Assembly: GCA_029856045.1 (NCBI GenBank)
Contig: JAHQWG010000025.1
Coordinates: forward strand, 64,001 to 128,000
Length of the DNA stretch: 64,000 nucleotides
Origin: Promethearchaeia archaeon
GTDB lineage: Archaea; Asgardarchaeota; Lokiarchaeia; Sigyniarchaeales; SOKP01
Direction of reading: 5' to 3'
The translations under genes were made by a program, and so were the position numbers. Of the stretch, positions 39,724 to 49,665 are shown one piece after another; the first letter of the stretch is position 1, and each line of letters starts with the position of its first letter. Below the pieces are notes generated by a model, which was not told the origin of the DNA, did no database searches, and was given only the letters and a program-made list of their open reading frames with translations.

Positions 39724-41389
39724 TATCTATTCCTCCTAAATATTTTTTTAATTCTTCTTTAGTAATTCTTTTTAATGGAAAACCAGCATAATAACCATTA
39801 TCACCTAATTTATCTAATTTTACAGTAGCACTCATGGGTAATAATGTGGAATATTCGCCAATCTCTGTTCCTGGGAAACCTCCACAGTAGACAGATAATA
39901 CGGAATTATTACCAATTTTTACTCCGAAAAATGTTATATTTTCCTCTCCGAAAAAACCATCAACAAGATGATTGGTTAGATAACAAAATTGACCAAAATA
40001 ACAATTTTCCCCAGTATTTAAAAACTCCTTAGTAATAAATTGGTCTTCGAAAGTTGTTCTTTTTCCTATTTTATTAGCACCTATAAAATTTAACGCCAAA
40101 TTAGTTAGCCAAGGAAATGGACTTTTTGAAAATGCTAATGTTGGATATTTTAATAGGAAGGAACGATGATGATAGAAATTTAATTCTCTTGACTCAAAAT
40201 TCCTATCTAATACTCCTTGTCTTGAGGGAGAAAGTTTCTCACTCCACTTATATAATAATTTTGTGAATAATGCCACAAAAAATAGATGCAATAAATACAA
40301 GCCCATAAGAACAAGTGGCGTAATTAATAATAAAAATTGTGAGAATAAATTTGTAAAATTAATGCACCCAAAAGGTGTGCTAAAAAGATAAGGTATCAAA
40401 ACTTCGTACAGAAAGATAAAAAATGGAATTGCAGGAATTAAAAATGACCCGCCAACATTTAAAATAATAACTGGAATGTAAATATGGAATTGTACTCTAA
40501 CATGGGGTTTATCTTCTTTCTTTAAATTATTGGTTTGTTGTCGAATATTTGATTTATCATAAATTGATGTTTCTACATGAACATTTTGATATATCTCTTT
40601 ACTATCGCTTTTTTCAAATAATATTACCTTAAGATTATCAATTTTTTCATTAACGTTATAATCCCCAATTTTTATTGCTGGAGTTCCTTTATAAACACAG
40701 CCAGATTCTAAGACTTGATTTATATGGGTTGAAGATACCGCATTTAAAATGGTACCCTTACCAAATTTTGTTCCAGGCGCAACCAAGGAATGAGCACCAA
40801 TTATTGAATCATCTTCAATGATTGTTTTTTGAATAATCAAATAATTATCAATAATTATCGCACCCATTACGACACTTCCTACACCAACAATCACATTTTT
40901 CCCAAATTCAATGAATTCGCAATCAATCCATCCTTCAAACATGTAGTTACCTGAATTTGTTTTTACACCAAACACTTTAAATAAAAGGTTATCCAAATAT
41001 GGCATAGGAAAGTTATGAGTTATCCAAACAGGCCATTTTTTAATAAGCCCTCTTAGACACCAATAGATATAATCTTTATCATCTTTACTTCTTTTAAACA
41101 CACCTTCTTTTGGCTTGTGAATTAAATTAACAACTAAAAGAAATATTTTTGCGATAAATATTGATGAGAAAACTATAATTAAATAACAAAATAAGAGTTC
41201 TAATGGAAAGAGAAGGTAAAAAATAATAGTTATGGGATTTGCAAAATTACTCAAAAAAATCCAAAAACTAATTAAAGCCGGGTAAAAGCTTAGAGTTATA
41301 ATACTTAAATGAATTAGCACAAATCTTTTCTTATATGGTAAAATATTTGAAGTAAATGGTCCAACTCTTAGTGAAGCCGGGATTGAGAT
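39713..41389 (-). CDS. Membrane-bound left-handed beta-helix acyltransferase-like protein (two modules)
   Basis: Two 2TM+LbH modules ending GTPA and GFPL. The frame is open to ATC 41389 after AGTGA (called start is GTG 41320). Confidence 0.75.
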   Translation of the reverse strand: MSIPASLRVGPFTSNILPYKKRFVLIHLSIITLSFYPALISFWIFLSNFANPITIIFYLLFPLELLFCYLIIVFSSIFIAKIFLLVVNLIHKPKEGVFKRSKDDKDYIYWCLRGLIKKWPVWITHNFPMPYLDNLLFKVFGVKTNSGNYMFEGWIDCEFIEFGKNVIVGVGSVVMGAIIIDNYLIIQKTIIEDDSIIGAHSLVAPGTKFGKGTILNAVSSTHINQVLESGCVYKGTPAIKIGDYNVNEKIDNLKVILFEKSDSKEIYQNVHVETSIYDKSNIRQQTNNLKKEDKPHVRVQFHIYIPVIILNVGGSFLIPAIPFFIFLYEVLIPYLFSTPFGCINFTNLFSQFLLLITPLVLMGLYLLHLFFVALFTKLLYKWSEKLSPSRQGVLDRNFESRELNFYHHRSFLLKYPTLAFSKSPFPWLTNLALNFIGANKIGKRTTFEDQFITKEFLNTGENCYFGQFCYLTNHLVDGFFGEENITFFGVKIGNNSVLSVYCGGFPGTEIGEYSTLLPMSATVKLDKLGDNGYYAGFPLKRITKEELKKYLGGIDIGD

Positions 41390-41520
41390 TTATTTTTCAC
41401 TTCTTCTTATTTGCAAAATTATTGGATAAATTATATAATCATTATAATATGTTTAAAATTTATTAATCTTCCTTAAATTCATATTTGAATTGAATAAAAC
41501 GCTATAATGGTTAGAAATTA

Positions 41521-43065
41521 TTAAAGATCTATGCAATTAAAGCATAAATCCATAGAATGAACGATTAAAGGAAAATCCTTTAGATCACAATTAGGCAAAA
41601 TAAAATTTTTTAAAGCAAAAAAATTATTCATAGAGGGAGTTTGTATAGAAACACTTCCTAAATTATCCTTTCCTGGACGATCTGAAGTCTTTAAGATATA
41701 GACCAATTCTCCTTGAGGAGCTTCTACAACAGAAATTCCAATTTCATCAGCATATAATTTGATATTTGCCAGATCAATAACCTCAATTTTTTCAGTATTA
41801 TTTTTTAGATAATCTATAGCCCCTTTAATAATAGAAACAGAATTTTTTAATTCCCATAACCTAACCTGAATGCGAGAATAAGCATCTCCTCCATTAAATG
41901 TTACAACTTCCCATTTGCCGATTATATCTTCATCTAGATAGGAATTATATGGAGAGAAATAGCGAACATCGTAGATCTGACCCGCTGCTCGAATATTTGG
42001 TCCAATAATTCCTGATTCTGGAACATTCTCTTCTATTAATGTACCTAAATCCTTAAATCGTTTTTTAAGATTAGAATTATAGATTCTGTTATGCAAAATT
42101 TCAAATAATGATGAGTCAATTTCCTCGATAGCTTCTCGCAAATCCTCTAATGAATGCCAGGATATATCTTTCACATATCCTATATAATTTAATTCTTCAA
42201 AATATCTTGTGCCTAATTCTTTTTCTAAAAAACTAAGAAAATCCAGAACTTTATTAAGAAGATTATGATATTCCTTAAAATTATAGGTTAAATACATTAA
42301 ATTTACAAACCAAAATATGTGATTTATTATTCTCTCTATTTCACAATAAATGGTTCGAATCATTTTAACCCGATTTGATACTGAAACATTAATTATCGAT
42401 TCCATTGCTAAAGAATAAGCTAAACTGTGATGGAATGAGCTAGTTGAGCATATTTTTTCTATAAGTTGTAGATTTTCTTTACCCCAATTCTTATATTTCA
42501 ACAATGGGATAATTCCTCTATATAGCCAACCTGTTTTAAAATTTACAGACTTTATAATATTTTTGTCTAAATTAAAATAAAAATAGTTATCTGTAAGGTG
42601 AATTCTATTAAAAACACCTTGAGAAAGAATATTTTTTGCAGAATGTGCTGGGAATAATTTAATTGGAAGATTAGGCAAAATTTCTTCAAGTTCTTCTTTA
42701 AAATATAAAAATTTGATCCCATATCTTTTAGATATTTCATCTTCATAACTTTCTACCTGAGGATAAGCAACCCTCACTGAGTCAATTTCGTTGGAATCTT
42801 TATCCACTTCAGTAAATACAAAGAGATATTGATTATCTGGAATATATTCGTTAAAATATTCATAAATTACTTCATATTTATTTTTAAAATCATTTATTAG
42901 TATATTTTTTAAATTAACCGATTTTTCACCGAAAAAAAATGCAATATCTCTAACACGGGATTTATTAATATAAAAAACATTTTCAAAATTACGAGTAGGT
43001 TGGTCTTTTAACTCATTCCCAAGATAATTTTTAAATTCTTTTAATAAATTAGTGTAAATTTGCAT
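41521..43065 (-). CDS. Group-4 [NiFe]-hydrogenase large subunit / NuoCD-like protein, degenerate
   Basis: GWLYRG, EKICSTSS, EIERIINH, GPNIRAAG..YDVR, GDAYSR, EAPQGE, DLCFNC. Confidence 0.8.
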   Translation of the reverse strand: MQIYTNLLKEFKNYLGNELKDQPTRNFENVFYINKSRVRDIAFFFGEKSVNLKNILINDFKNKYEVIYEYFNEYIPDNQYLFVFTEVDKDSNEIDSVRVAYPQVESYEDEISKRYGIKFLYFKEELEEILPNLPIKLFPAHSAKNILSQGVFNRIHLTDNYFYFNLDKNIIKSVNFKTGWLYRGIIPLLKYKNWGKENLQLIEKICSTSSFHHSLAYSLAMESIINVSVSNRVKMIRTIYCEIERIINHIFWFVNLMYLTYNFKEYHNLLNKVLDFLSFLEKELGTRYFEELNYIGYVKDISWHSLEDLREAIEEIDSSLFEILHNRIYNSNLKKRFKDLGTLIEENVPESGIIGPNIRAAGQIYDVRYFSPYNSYLDEDIIGKWEVVTFNGGDAYSRIQVRLWELKNSVSIIKGAIDYLKNNTEKIEVIDLANIKLYADEIGISVVEAPQGELVYILKTSDRPGKDNLGSVSIQTPSMNNFFALKNFILPNCDLKDFPLIVHSMDLCFNCIDL

Positions 43066-43354
43066 TATTTTCTAATAACTATTTATTTTTCCATATTTAA
43101 ATAGTTTTGAATGATTTTTATTTTCTAAGGGAATATTAGAATTTTTGAAATTTAGTAATACTCATCCCTCTCAATAAAGTAGGAAAAAAAGTGAAAAAAA
43201 ATTGAATTTCATATTTTTTAAAAAATTTATCGGCACTGCTCGTGGTGATTTCGGTCTTTTTTAAATTTTCTCGTTAAGACCACAGCAATTGCTGAAGCTG
43301 AGATTAAAAGAATTAAAAGATCATCATAATTAATAATTGGACTGGGGCATTGAT

Positions 43355-44677
43355 TTAAATCAATATAAAGTCAAGGAATCTTATTAAATAGAAAAGGATA
43401 AGAGAAATTATTATGAAACCAACAGATAAATAAATTGCCTTTTTTACGAGTATGGAGTATGGAATGGGTTTTTCCTCGTACAAACCTAATAATTTGAAAA
43501 TTTGCACAATATCGATAAACCCAATATCATTCACGGAATTTTGCTTTGACATGAAAGTTTCTGATTTATTAAAAAGTGCTAAGATCTCAGTTCTTGATAT
43601 TCGGGGTTTTGCCTCCTTTATTAGGGCAATTATCCCTGCGCATAATGTTGCCGAAATTGAAGTTCCTGATATCTCATAAGTATCAATTCCTTTAACTGGA
43701 ACTGTAATTTTCGAGCTGGGAAAATATACTTCTGGTTTATAATTATTCATATCAATTAAATCCTTTCCGCTGAAGTAGGTGATTTTCCCTTCTTTAGATA
43801 TTGCACCTACAGTAATAACACTCTTTGAGGCTCCAGGGCTCCCTATTGTATTTGATTCAGGTCCAAAATTACCCGCAGAAGCAATGATGATAATGTTCAA
43901 ATTATTAAATAAAATATCACAAGATTTGGATAAAATATCATTTCCATTAGATGATGGATTTAAAGTGGAACTGCATATTAGAAGGATATCGAATTTAATA
44001 TCATTTTCCAAGATATGATCAAATGCTTTTAAAAAATCAGAGAAATAAGCAACTCCCGCATTGTTAAATATTTTAAAATCAATTATTTTGATATCGGGGC
44101 ATAATCCAATAAATCCTTCACCAAATTCACTTGATTTATTCTTTAAAATATGTGTTAATAACGTTGCATGGAAATTTTCATCGGATGTTTCTTCATTAGT
44201 GAAATTAATTTGATCAATTGAAGAATAATCAAGGGATTCGAAATTTTTACCTATTCCTGAATCTAAAAGTGCAATTGAAACATTTTTCCCAGTGAAAGGG
44301 AGCAAGGAATTTTTAAATCTCTTAATATTTAATAATTCAGAGACTTTATTCATTGATTGATAAAGTCGTTGATTTTCTTCTATACATTCTATAAGCTCAT
44401 CTTCCGATAAATCAAAAATTATTTTCGGGTCAATTTCCATTAATAATGAGGGGATTATTTTAAAAGTTGATATAATTTCCAGATTTTTATGATTCTGAAT
44501 GAATTTTTTTCGATCAGAATCATTTTTAAAGGAGATTATTGTTTTAATTTTAGATTCTCTAGATAATATCAACTGATCTAATGTACTTTTCCCAATTTTT
44601 TCTTCGATTTCCTTAGAAATTGTTGGTTTGAGTTTTATTTTTTCAAGAAAAGAAGGATGTATTTTGTCAACATTCAT
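43355..44677 (-). CDS. S8 subtilisin-like protease with I9-like propeptide and C-terminal TM anchor
   Basis: LLDSG, HAT, SAGN, SPG....ITVGA, SGTS, hydrophobic C-terminus. Confidence 0.85.
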   Translation of the reverse strand: MNVDKIHPSFLEKIKLKPTISKEIEEKIGKSTLDQLILSRESKIKTIISFKNDSDRKKFIQNHKNLEIISTFKIIPSLLMEIDPKIIFDLSEDELIECIEENQRLYQSMNKVSELLNIKRFKNSLLPFTGKNVSIALLDSGIGKNFESLDYSSIDQINFTNEETSDENFHATLLTHILKNKSSEFGEGFIGLCPDIKIIDFKIFNNAGVAYFSDFLKAFDHILENDIKFDILLICSSTLNPSSNGNDILSKSCDILFNNLNIIIIASAGNFGPESNTIGSPGASKSVITVGAISKEGKITYFSGKDLIDMNNYKPEVYFPSSKITVPVKGIDTYEISGTSISATLCAGIIALIKEAKPRISRTEILALFNKSETFMSKQNSVNDIGFIDIVQIFKLLGLYEEKPIPYSILVKKAIYLSVGFIIISLILFYLIRFLDFILI

Positions 44678-44697
44678 TTTTAAACATACAGAAGGTT

Positions 44698-45501
44698 TTA
44701 AATTTTAAATTTGAGTTCTTTAATAATTTCTTCCACAGTATAATTGTGATGCACTATTAGAGAGATTGCGTTTACCATTTTGGTTGGATCCTCTGCTTGA
44801 AATACATTTCGACCCATTGCTACTCCAGATCCTCCAGCCTGAATGGATTCATATATCATATAAAATACATCAATTTCTGTATTCATTTTAGGTCCTCCTG
44901 CAATAATTACCGGAACTGGGCAACCCTTAACAATTTCATGAAATGAATCAATATCACCAGTATAATTTGTTTTCACAATATCCGCACCGAGTTCACCACC
45001 TACTCTAACAGCAATATTTACCACTTCGGGATTATGCTCATCTGTGATTTTCTTACCTCTTGAATACATCATAGCAAGTAAAGGCATACCCCACTCTCTT
45101 GCACTCTCAATAGCTTTATGAGCGTCTTGAAGCATTTCAGGTTCATCATTTGCTCCAATATTAATGTGAATTGATACGCCATCAGCTCCCATTTTTAAAG
45201 CTCTTTCTACGCTACTCACTAACACTTTTCTATTTGGATCAGGAGATAAACTGGTACCTCCGCTTAAATGAATTATAAGTCCAATATCTATTCCAGATTG
45301 TCTATGTCCAGCACCAACCATTCCAGTATGCTCAATAACTGCATTTGCTCCACCAATAGCAACACTATCAACCATAGCTGCCATATCTTCAAGACCTTTT
45401 ATGGTTCCTTCAGACATTCCATGGTCCATTGGGATAATAATAGTTCTTTTTGTTTTTCTATCAAAAATTCTTTCGAATCTAATTTTTTTACCGATATCCA
45501 T
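44698..45501 (-). CDS. aroA': 2-amino-3,7-dideoxy-D-threo-hept-6-ulosonate synthase (DhnA-type class I aldolase)
   Basis: [45 protein letters not shown]. Confidence 0.82.
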   Translation of the reverse strand: MDIGKKIRFERIFDRKTKRTIIIPMDHGMSEGTIKGLEDMAAMVDSVAIGGANAVIEHTGMVGAGHRQSGIDIGLIIHLSGGTSLSPDPNRKVLVSSVERALKMGADGVSIHINIGANDEPEMLQDAHKAIESAREWGMPLLAMMYSRGKKITDEHNPEVVNIAVRVGGELGADIVKTNYTGDIDSFHEIVKGCPVPVIIAGGPKMNTEIDVFYMIYESIQAGGSGVAMGRNVFQAEDPTKMVNAISLIVHHNYTVEEIIKELKFKI

Positions 45502-45586
45502 AATTTTTTCCAAATTTTTATTTAAATAATGAATTTATTAGTATAAAAAATAATACATCTATAAATTTAAATGAAATTTATAATTT

Positions 45587-47143
45587 TTACCATGGAACTC
45601 TTATATAAGTATTTCGCGGAATATTAGATTTATTAGGATAATCTAGATTATGATGAATCCCTCTACTTTCTTTACGAGAAATGGCACTAACGATAATTAT
45701 CTTTGCGACTGTTGCCAAATTTCTCAGTTCCACGAGATCACTTGAAATTTTGAAATCCCAATAATATTGATTTATTTCATCCAAGAGCACATTAATTCTT
45801 TTTTTAGCTCGTTGTAATCTTTTATCTGTTCTTACAATACCAACATAATTCCACATAAATCTTCTAATTTCATCCCAATTTTGTGAAATGACTACGGCTT
45901 CCGTCGAATCAACTGCATTTCCAGATTCCCATTGAGGAAAACTCTCATTTTTTACAGAATTCATTTTATCCTTTAAAAATTCAGAACAATTATGTGCAAA
46001 AGTCAAACTTTCTAAAATAGAATTACTTGCCAGCCTATTAGCTCCATGTAAACCGGTGTATGATACTTCTCCTATTGCGAACAAGTTTTTAATATCACTT
46101 TGTCCGTTGAGGTCTACCTTTACACCTCCACAACAATAATGAGCAGCTGGAACAACTGGAATTGGTTCTTTTGTTATATCAATATCAAACTTTAAACATT
46201 GCTCATAAACTCCCGGAAAATGTTCTTTTATGAATCCTGGTTCTTTTACTGATGCAATATCCAAATATACATAATCATCACCAGATTTTTTTAATTCTGC
46301 ATCAATTGCTCTTGAGACAATATCTCTAGGTGCCAATTCTTTTAATTTATGATACCTTTCCATAAATGTTTTTCCACTTTTATCTTTTAATATTGCACCT
46401 TCTCCTCTCAATGCTTCAGTTATCAAAAATGATTTTGCAAAGGGATGATATAAACAAGTTGGGTGAAATTGAACGAACTCCATATTGGCAATTGTGGCTC
46501 CAACTCGATATGCCATAGCCACTCCATCACCAGAAGCAACATCAGGATTCGAAGTATATACATATATTTTTCCAACACCACCAGTTGCTAAAATCGTAAA
46601 TTTAGCAGAGATACTATAAATCTCACTATTTTTTTTGTCTAAAACATAAGCTCCTAAGCACACACGATCTTTTCCAAATAAATTTATTACAATATTGTGT
46701 TCCCTTATTTCAATATTATCTAATTCTTTTACTTTAGAAATCATTGCATTTTGAACAGCTTTACCAGTTAAATCATTTACATGAAATATTCTGCGTCTTG
46801 AATGCCCACCTTCCTGACCTAGTTCATAAAAGCCATTTTTTTCCTTTGTAAAATCAATCCCCCAATTAATTAATTCTTGCAATCTTTCGGGAGCTTGAGT
46901 TATTACATTTCTAACAACTGTTTTATCACATAAATCATCCCCAGCAATAATTGTATCATTTATATGAGACTCAAAACTATCATTTTTATCCCAAACACAT
47001 GCGATACCTCCTTGGGCATAGAAAGTGTTAGTTTCAGATATGCTTTCCTTTGATAATATTAAGACAGACCCAAATTTGGATAGTTTAATTGCACTTGCTA
47101 AACCAGAAACTCCTGTTCCTATGATTAAAAAGTCAGTTTTCAT
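45587..47143 (-). CDS. nadB: L-aspartate oxidase
   Basis: AQGGIA, EGGHSRRRI.H, QFHPT, TEALRGEG, ELAPRDIV, PAAHY.CGG, LHGANRLASNS, ESRG.H. Confidence 0.95.
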   Translation of the reverse strand: MKTDFLIIGTGVSGLASAIKLSKFGSVLILSKESISETNTFYAQGGIACVWDKNDSFESHINDTIIAGDDLCDKTVVRNVITQAPERLQELINWGIDFTKEKNGFYELGQEGGHSRRRIFHVNDLTGKAVQNAMISKVKELDNIEIREHNIVINLFGKDRVCLGAYVLDKKNSEIYSISAKFTILATGGVGKIYVYTSNPDVASGDGVAMAYRVGATIANMEFVQFHPTCLYHPFAKSFLITEALRGEGAILKDKSGKTFMERYHKLKELAPRDIVSRAIDAELKKSGDDYVYLDIASVKEPGFIKEHFPGVYEQCLKFDIDITKEPIPVVPAAHYCCGGVKVDLNGQSDIKNLFAIGEVSYTGLHGANRLASNSILESLTFAHNCSEFLKDKMNSVKNESFPQWESGNAVDSTEAVVISQNWDEIRRFMWNYVGIVRTDKRLQRAKKRINVLLDEINQYYWDFKISSDLVELRNLATVAKIIIVSAISRKESRGIHHNLDYPNKSNIPRNTYIRVPW

Positions 47144-47382
47144 ATTCAATGAATTATCCTCAGTTCAATAAACAAAAGAAATTATACGATTATTAAATAC
47201 ATCAATTTTTTCTAAAATAATATTTTAACTATTTAATAATTATTTGAATTAAAAAAGTTAATAGAAAAGACTTTCCAAATTATTAAATTAGAAAAAAATT
47301 TTTATTTTTTAATCAAAGAAAACTTAAAAATTTTGAATCTTGTTATTTTAATATGTGTTTTAAAACTATTTGGTGAATTTTA

Positions 47383-47880
47383 ATAAAAAAAATTAAAAAA
47401 GTGTTATTTTTATGTTATGGAAACACATGCCGATCACCAGCAGCAGAATATTTAGCTAAAAATTTAGCGGAAAATAAATATGAAAAGGATTTGTTTGATG
47501 TGGAATTTGTATCTGCTGGTCTTACTAAAACTTTTGGATATGCTCAACCAGAAACAGTCAGATTTGCTAAATCTAGAGGGATAAATATGTCAAACTTCAT
47601 ACCGCAATTAATCGATTATTATCTTCTAGAATTAAATGATTTAATTTTAACTATGGAGCAAAAACAAGTGAATAAAATCCTTCAACATTTTCCAAAAATT
47701 CCAAATCTAAAAGCGAAAGTTTTTACTCTAAAGGGATTTGCAGGTGAAACTAAAGATGTTGATATCCCTGATCCTTATATGACAACTACCGAGTATTATA
47801 ATAAGACCTTAGAGGAAATTGAGAAATTTGTAGAATTAAGTTTAAAAAAAATTATTGAATTGAATAAAAATTACACTTAA
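47383..47880 (+). CDS. Low-molecular-weight protein-tyrosine/arginine phosphatase, probable ATA start
   Basis: VLFLCYGNTCRS, SAG, DIPDPY. GGTGA + 6 nt + ATA gives MKKIKKVLFLC. Confidence 0.9.
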   Translation: MKKIKKVLFLCYGNTCRSPAAEYLAKNLAENKYEKDLFDVEFVSAGLTKTFGYAQPETVRFAKSRGINMSNFIPQLIDYYLLELNDLILTMEQKQVNKILQHFPKIPNLKAKVFTLKGFAGETKDVDIPDPYMTTTEYYNKTLEEIEKFVELSLKKIIELNKNYT

Positions 47881-48023
47881 ATGATTAATTTCTTTTTTTA
47901 AACAAATCCAATTATATCTTTTTTTTAAAAATTTATTTCAAAACTTTTAAATAGTTCCTTTATTCTTATTGTTTTGAATATTCTTTTAAGAATATCGTAA
48001 ATTGAGAGTTTAAAGTGATTATT

Positions 48024-48794
48024 ATGGAATTAGATATATGGATGGTTTTATGGCCTATAGTTATAGTTATTGCTGTAATTATTGGAATCTGGTTTTTAGC
48101 GGGGATTAAAGTAATATTGGAATATGAGCGGTTAGTTATATTTCGTTTAGGAAAATACAAACGAACTATTGGTCCAGGAGTAGTATATGTTTTACCAATC
48201 GTTGAATCTTCAAGAAAGGTTGATTTGAGGATTGTAACTCAAGATATTCCTAGACAGGAAATTATAACAAGAGATAATATTCCCGTTTTAGCTAATACTG
48301 TTGTTTATTTTAAAGTGGAAAGACCAGAGGATGCGGTAATAAAGATTGAGAATTATACCTATGCTGTGCGGCAATACACACAGGCTGCTCTCAGAGATGT
48401 CGTTGGTAATATGGAATTAGATGGTGTATTAACGGAACGAGATAAGGTTGCACTTGATATTAGAGAGATTGTTGATTCGGAAACAAATGAATGGGGGATT
48501 GATATCAAAAGTATTAAAATACAGGAGATAGAATTACCAGCAGAGATGAAACGAGCCATGGCTAAACAAGCAGAAGCTGAACGTGATAAACGTGCAGTAA
48601 TTATTACTTCAGAAGGAGAACTTATGGCTGCAGAAAATTTGCAAAAAGCTGCTGCGCTTATGGCATCTGAACCGGGTGCTCTACAACTTAGGACGTTACA
48701 AACTATTAGGGATATTTCTCAAGACCCATCTGAAAAAATTGTTATTTTTATGCCAAGTGGTATTGAAAAGCTAATCCGGAAATTTACAGATTGA
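48024..48794 (+). CDS. SPFH/stomatin-like protein
   Basis: N-terminal TM, EYER.V.FRLG, GPG, VDLR, RAMAKQAEAER, ALQLRTLQT. Confidence 0.93.
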   Translation: MELDIWMVLWPIVIVIAVIIGIWFLAGIKVILEYERLVIFRLGKYKRTIGPGVVYVLPIVESSRKVDLRIVTQDIPRQEIITRDNIPVLANTVVYFKVERPEDAVIKIENYTYAVRQYTQAALRDVVGNMELDGVLTERDKVALDIREIVDSETNEWGIDIKSIKIQEIELPAEMKRAMAKQAEAERDKRAVIITSEGELMAAENLQKAAALMASEPGALQLRTLQTIRDISQDPSEKIVIFMPSGIEKLIRKFTD

Positions 48795-48819
48795 GGGGGA
48801 TTTTTCACTGAGCAGAAGT

Positions 48820-49485
48820 TTGGTTCCTAATAGGAGATATATTCAAATAGCATTCAATCATACTACTTATGAAGTTTGGAGAATATTACCGCAAATACCT
48901 CAAGACCCAAGGATAATAATTGAAGCGGGAACACCATTTTGTAAACGAGAAGGAATGGATGGTGTTGGATTAATACGAAGTAAGTGGAGGGGAATTTTGG
49001 TAGCAGATTTAAAAGTAACTGATGGAGCAAGGGAAGAAGTTATGTTTGCTTATCAAGCTGGAGCCAATGCGGTAACTGCAGCAGGAACTGCCCCAACTGA
49101 AACTTTGGATTTTTTCATGAAAATATGTGCCAAATATAATGTCTATTCAATGGTAGATATGTTAAACGTTGATAATCCTCTTAGAAAACTCCTACCTTTA
49201 AAAAACAAACCAGATTTTGTAGTTATCCATAAGGGACGAGACGAAGAAGTTAATCCAAGAAAGATAATTCGATATAAGGATATTAATAAAGTTTGTTCAA
49301 AATTTGGCGTGTTCATATCAGTTGCCGGAGGTTTGGACCAAGACAGTGTCCGTACAGCCTATTTTAATGGTGCTGATGTTGCGATCCTAAATATTGTCGA
49401 ACAAGATGATGAAAATAAGGGAATATTTGAAAACGCTAACTTTAGGGTATTGATTCCGAAGATATTAAACGAAATAGGAGCATAA
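48820..49485 (+). CDS. 3-hexulose-6-phosphate synthase-like (OMP decarboxylase fold)
   Basis: IQIAF, IEAGTP, ADLK..DG, H.G.DE, VAGG. Confidence 0.75.
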   Translation: MVPNRRYIQIAFNHTTYEVWRILPQIPQDPRIIIEAGTPFCKREGMDGVGLIRSKWRGILVADLKVTDGAREEVMFAYQAGANAVTAAGTAPTETLDFFMKICAKYNVYSMVDMLNVDNPLRKLLPLKNKPDFVVIHKGRDEEVNPRKIIRYKDINKVCSKFGVFISVAGGLDQDSVRTAYFNGADVAILNIVEQDDENKGIFENANFRVLIPKILNEIGA

Positions 49486-49500
49486 ATTTAATTAATATTA

Positions 49501-49518
49501 TTTTTTCTCTTTTTTTTT
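49501..49518 (+). terminator. Oligo-T tract, putative terminator
   Basis: TTTTTTCTCTTTTTTTTT about 15 nt after the HPS-like stop. Confidence 0.4.
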
Positions 49519-49665
49519 ATAAGTATTTTGAATTTAGATTAAGTTAAACTTATATATTCAATTCAATATTATTAATTCCAATTAAGAAATTTGAAATGAT
49601 CTAAAATTTATAAAATAAAACATCAATGAGTGGTCTATTAGGATCACTCAAAAAAAGTGAAAAGA

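Noticed and set aside
43230-43330. Possible C/D-box sRNA or structured RNA
   Set aside because: The ATGATGA and CTGA motifs lie on opposite strands, and the hairpins are short and weak
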